Virus record (IMG/VR): IMGVR_UViG_3300027608_000027
Source: an uncultured virus (IMG/VR IMGVR_UViG_3300027608_000027)
Lineage: Duplodnaviria; Heunggongvirae; Uroviricota; Caudoviricetes
Reading direction: 5' to 3' (one strand)
Length of the DNA stretch: 20,000 nt
The position numbers and the translations under genes are program-made. Below the pieces are notes generated by a model that did no database searches, was not told the origin of the DNA, and was given only the letters and a program-made list of their open reading frames with translations. This document shows positions 16,573 through 20,000 of the stretch, piece after piece. How positions within the stretch are numbered: the first letter of the stretch is position 1; every line of letters begins with the position of its first letter.

Positions 16573-17620
16573 GTAGAGTCTCCGTTTGTTTTTTTAACAT
16601 AGGCAATCTAGTTTTATAATTGTCCATATGTGATATAATAGCACGGCATAGATCTGGCCTATAGGCAGTGTAAGTGTCATAATCTTCAGTCCACTTACTA
16701 GGATATTTGAATGCATCAAAATACATTTCACTATAACTTAGTCTATCTGGAACCATAGGAATAGCGTCTACAATGGCACCTTCGTAACAACTAATACCTA
16801 GTGTTTCTTGTAGGTTAGCACTAAACACTAGTTTAGCTTCTCCTAGCAAGTTATGATATTCGTTTTTAGTTAGTTGTTGATCTTGACATACTACAAACTC
16901 GTATTGTGGTAACCAGTGTTTTAAATCTCTAAAGATTTCAACTTGTTTCTCTGGAGCGATACGATGCGGGAACAATATAAGATCACGCTTAGGCATATTT
17001 TTATATGCAGTTAACGTAGTATCCATATACTCCATAGGCCAGCCGGTACGTACAATCTTACTATTAAGTAGATACTCATCGTAGTCTTCTTCGTAATACG
17101 GATTTTCGCTTTTATACCCGTCTTCTAACAAGTTGTCTACAAACATTCTAATGTGAAAGTCTGTAGCAAAGTAATTGTGATCAAATGCATGAAAGAAACT
17201 TTTCTCAGCATGCCTAACCCAAGGTTTCTTACCTACAAGACGTCCTAGAAAGTCTTGAGGATCATAGCTGCCAGCATGCCATAAGCCGTGTGTAGTTACC
17301 GGAATGCCCAGTAATTCACTCATGTACTTTAGATTAATGACACCTGGATGCCAAGCATCAGTAAACACGAAATGGTCGCCAGCATTAACGGATCCGCTAC
17401 AAAATAAACGGCCCATCTGCTCCACTTGACTAGCCTTGTATATATTAGTGCCGCCAAAGTTGAGAAATGCTCCAGGAGTGGTAGCACTAGGAATGTCCGT
17501 AGGACCTGATATAATGTTGACATGGTGTCCTGCCTTTTGTAAGAGTTTAGGTACATGGGACTTCCATTGTCCTGTGTACCTAGTTTCAACTGATTCTAAA
17601 TCAACGAGAAAAATTGTCAT
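16526..17620 (-). CDS. GT-B fold glycosyltransferase-like protein (start revised to MTIFLVDLE)
   Basis: ILFPHRIAPEKQ and ETLGISCYEG (E-X7-E motif of GT4-like retaining enzymes), DRLSYSEM. The upstream in-frame extension overlaps another gene. Confidence 0.78.
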   Translation of the reverse strand: MTIFLVDLESVETRYTGQWKSHVPKLLQKAGHHVNIISGPTDIPSATTPGAFLNFGGTNIYKASQVEQMGRLFCSGSVNAGDHFVFTDAWHPGVINLKYMSELLGIPVTTHGLWHAGSYDPQDFLGRLVGKKPWVRHAEKSFFHAFDHNYFATDFHIRMFVDNLLEDGYKSENPYYEEDYDEYLLNSKIVRTGWPMEYMDTTLTAYKNMPKRDLILFPHRIAPEKQVEIFRDLKHWLPQYEFVVCQDQQLTKNEYHNLLGEAKLVFSANLQETLGISCYEGAIVDAIPMVPDRLSYSEMYFDAFKYPSKWTEDYDTYTAYRPDLCRAIISHMDNYKTRLPMLKKQTETLHEQFFSATDLVRRFT

Positions 17621-17855
17621 TGCGTTGACGATAGTTGTTATTGCCACCACGGTTATATTCACCACGTGGCTTACGTGGGCGTGTGCTGTAGTAGTAGTTG
17701 TTCCACACTTGACTATCTCTGTTGTAAAGATTAGCCTCATTGAAGTCACACAGCTCGAAACGACAAAAGTCTTTAAACTTTTCTAAGTCGTCAAAGATTT
17801 TAACAATCTCGGGTTTAGCTTCCCAATAGTTAACATCACGATAATTCTTAGCCAT
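17601..17855 (-). CDS. Small hypothetical protein with an Arg/Asn/Gly-rich tail
   Basis: 84 aa, TAAGGA SD, tail RPRKPRGEYNRGGNNNYRQR. Confidence 0.75.
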   Translation of the reverse strand: MAKNYRDVNYWEAKPEIVKIFDDLEKFKDFCRFELCDFNEANLYNRDSQVWNNYYYSTRPRKPRGEYNRGGNNNYRQRNDNFSR

Positions 17856-17866
17856 TATAGCTTTCC

Positions 17867-18256
17867 TTAATATTTAATAAATGAACCATTTTCTCCGTCT
17901 TCGGAGACCTCAATCCAAACCTCACGGTCGGGATACTTTTCATGAATTGTGTCATACAAATCGTCTGACATCATTTCACAACTTTTAAAATCTAGTTGCA
18001 GAATGTCTTTATTATAAAGACCCTCCAACCAGCGTTTAAACTGAATAAACTCAATATCTCTATCGTTATGCACTACGCTGATCCATACTTTAAAATGAAA
18101 AATATGTCTATGTGCATTTCCAAGGAAACTCACATCCATTTCACCTGCTGTACACAGATTAGGATCTGTTGCGGCTGCTGGATATTTGTGAATACCTTCT
18201 TTACGAAAGGTAACCCAAATCATTTTGTTAGGTCTAATGTCTTGTTTAATAATCAT
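17867..18256 (-). CDS. QueD-like T-fold protein lacking the catalytic Cys motif (DpdL-like candidate)
   Basis: EGIH...LGNAHRHIFH...RDIEF...SCE...IEVSE matches the QueD/PTPS layout, but with LxxxHRHxF in place of CxxxHGH. Confidence 0.75.
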   Translation of the reverse strand: MIIKQDIRPNKMIWVTFRKEGIHKYPAAATDPNLCTAGEMDVSFLGNAHRHIFHFKVWISVVHNDRDIEFIQFKRWLEGLYNKDILQLDFKSCEMMSDDLYDTIHEKYPDREVWIEVSEDGENGSFIKY

Positions 18257-18381
18257 TTCTTTTCTTCTTCTTGTGGTACTAGGTGTTTAAAAAGTTCCCA
18301 TAGTTTCCAATCAATACCTTCTAGTAATTGATTTTGTCTAGTGATAGCATCTACTAGTTGTTGTGCTTGTGTTTCGTTCAT
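18253..18381 (-). CDS. Small hypothetical protein, 42 aa (not in the ORF track)
   Basis: MNETQAQQLVDAITRQNQLLEGIDWKLWELFKHLVPQEEEKK. ATGA overlaps at both ends. Confidence 0.7.
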   Translation of the reverse strand: MNETQAQQLVDAITRQNQLLEGIDWKLWELFKHLVPQEEEKK

Positions 18382-18890
18382 TTTACGATCTCATCGTTTT
18401 TGTATTGTGACCAGTCTGTAAATTTACTACGATCCATCAGTGTGTGTAGACTATGAGACCACACGCCGGGATTAGTTGCCTTGAAATCTTTATCATCTAT
18501 TTTAAGCATTGTATTATAATTCCAAAGTTTTACATAAGGAATTGGCACTCTTATCTGCGGAATGAAATTGTTATACTCACAATAGCCGCTTTCGTGAAAT
18601 TCTTCAACTTGATTAATAGGAATATCAAGGCTGCACAGGTATTCTTTTTCTAAAAAGAAAAGGATCATATTTTCCCATGCTTTGTGCTCTTCGTATGATT
18701 GTGGATTAAAACTATGATTGGCACCAAAAAAGATATGCTCACAACCTTGTAAGTTTAATGCAATATCTTCAACCGGTTGTACGCCATTAACAAATAATGT
18801 CTTTAAACCGTATGCGGGTGTGTGTTCAATTTCAACACCTGTGAAGAAGATAATATTATCTGCCTGACCGTTTGTATAATCACGCTTCAT
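18378..18890 (-). CDS. Hypothetical alpha/beta protein in the deazaguanine cluster
   Basis: 170-aa ORF (EIEHTPAYG, HIFFGANHSF, KIDD.DF.ATNPGVW). Confidence 0.8.
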   Translation of the reverse strand: MKRDYTNGQADNIIFFTGVEIEHTPAYGLKTLFVNGVQPVEDIALNLQGCEHIFFGANHSFNPQSYEEHKAWENMILFFLEKEYLCSLDIPINQVEEFHESGYCEYNNFIPQIRVPIPYVKLWNYNTMLKIDDKDFKATNPGVWSHSLHTLMDRSKFTDWSQYKNDEIVK

Positions 18891-19131
18891 TTTTATTTTG
18901 CTCGTATTGTTTAAAAAGTCTAGTCACAGGTTCCATACGTTCTTGAAAATGATCTGGCGCACTGTGTGCAGCCATCTGCATATCCCAATCGCTAGGATAA
19001 TGCCGTAGCAGGTCTCGTGCGGTTTGTCTAACAAGTTTAGGAACTCGTGGAGTGTGATTGCTATTACAAAGATCCAGTAAGAATCTTCTAGTTTGCACTA
19101 CAGCACGATATCTTTCGTCAGGTAATGTCAT
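18880..19131 (-). CDS. Small hypothetical protein
   Basis: 83-aa ORF (MTLPDERYRAV...LLRHYP), ATGA-coupled to the TGT-like gene. Confidence 0.75.
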   Translation of the reverse strand: MTLPDERYRAVVQTRRFLLDLCNSNHTPRVPKLVRQTARDLLRHYPSDWDMQMAAHSAPDHFQERMEPVTRLFKQYEQNKNEA

Positions 19132-20000
19132 TCAAATAAACTATCAAAAGTTGTAACAATGGGTTCTTCAATTTTAGCTACTCGTAAATCAGAAAAATCT
19201 ACAGTAGGAATACCAAATTCTTCAGCTTTAGTGTGTGCATTGACAGTCTTCTTGCCAGTAGCACCACGTGTGCCGATAATAGTCATCCAAAACTTGCTGT
19301 AATGTTCAACAATGGCATTAGCATCATCTCTGTTATCACAAGCAAATATTGCTTCTACTATGTCCTTATAATACACTCTATCAAAGCGTTCGTCAACTAA
19401 CATGGACGGCAATTTGCCCAAATCATATTGGCGATTGGCTTCCTGTACTGCGTTTAAGTGCATCCAAACATTATGACCCATCATTAGTGCATAGCTAAAT
19501 GAATCCCACGATGTTTTACCTTCTTTGCCATTCTTATTTAGATCACCTGTTGCATAGATACAAATATCTTTCATTTCGAGTTGATCAATAATGGGACTGG
19601 TTTCAAACTTCTCAAAGATACCATCTTGTAGCACTGCGTCTTTGAACAAGCGTGAGTCAGTAGCATACTTCTTGTCATCCGCACTCGCCTGCATACGATA
19701 AACCCATTTAGTACGATCTTCAGTTTCCGTATTAATATAAATCTGTCCATTAGCAGTTGCTAAGAACGGACTAGCACAGTCAAAGCTGATAGTAAAGTCT
19801 GGATTATGATATTTGCGTACAGCACGTTGTATGTCTGTTAGTAGTACAGCCCACTCTAACTTGCTAGTGCCCAAGAAGTGCATCCAGTCATGTTGACCCT
19901 GTTCTAATAATCCATCAAAGCGCAGAGCCACTAGGCGTTTGAGCACAAGGTGAATATCACACATGTTTTGTCCACCCATACCCCAACCATTAAATGCCTT
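19128..20000 (-). CDS. TGT/DpdA-like guanine transglycosylase (5' end outside the window)
   Basis: Frame stays open to the window edge (KAFNGWGMGGQN, compare TGT FDGxAxGG). MHFLG, ISFDCASP with candidate catalytic Asp, and C-terminal GHN. Confidence 0.75.
   Translation of the reverse strand, partial: KAFNGWGMGGQNMCDIHLVLKRLVALRFDGLLEQGQHDWMHFLGTSKLEWAVLLTDIQRAVRKYHNPDFTISFDCASPFLATANGQIYINTETEDRTKWVYRMQASADDKKYATDSRLFKDAVLQDGIFEKFETSPIIDQLEMKDICIYATGDLNKNGKEGKTSWDSFSYALMMGHNVWMHLNAVQEANRQYDLGKLPSMLVDERFDRVYYKDIVEAIFACDNRDDANAIVEHYSKFWMTIIGTRGATGKKTVNAHTKAEEFGIPTVDFSDLRVAKIEEPIVTTFDSLFE

Noticed and set aside
17621..17749. N-terminal extension of the glycosyltransferase ORF (Thr-rich)
   Set aside because: It is an off-frame reading of 17601..17855. 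The ATG at 17620 gives a typical GT-B first beta-strand.
12866..17876. Additional TAAATA hexamers near gene starts (12871-12866, 17876-17871)
   Set aside because: A 6-mer is frequent by chance in AT-rich DNA, so these were not called without further support.
1..20000. Stop-codon reassignment, as seen in some large phages
   Set aside because: Genes translate at full length and tile the window under the standard code, so recoding is not needed.
1..20000. CRISPR array, tRNA, intron, intein or transposase
   Set aside because: No repeat-spacer periodicity, cloverleaf or interrupted gene was seen by eye, and intergenic gaps are under about 90 bp.

Overview
A gene-dense, AT-rich 20-kb stretch that looks like part of a large tailed phage genome (T4-like or jumbo-phage style). 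This is inferred from ATGA/TAATG gene overlaps, phage-type ThyX and RNase H/5'-3' exonuclease, near-consensus sigma70 promoters and recurring TAAATA motifs; no structural genes are in the window. The left end (+ strand, 5-2660) holds two tandem SGNH/GDSL-like paralogues and a radical SAM protein. The rest is on the - strand: ThyX, several hypotheticals, an AAA+ ATPase with a HEXXH/vWA partner, RNase H and a 2OG-Fe(II) oxygenase. A roughly 9-kb cluster (10836-20000) follows, with QueE, FolE, a Cys-less QueD-like T-fold protein (LxxxHRHxF), a TGT/DpdA-like transglycosylase, a GT-B glycosyltransferase, a truncated UDP-sugar dehydrogenase, a HIT hydrolase, a cupin and a CDGSH-like Fe-S protein. 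The lead hypothesis is a 7-deazaguanine DNA-modification pathway, possibly extended by glycosylation. Three small genes missed by the ORF track and several promoter/hairpin elements were also found. All family calls come from motif recognition by eye, not database searches.
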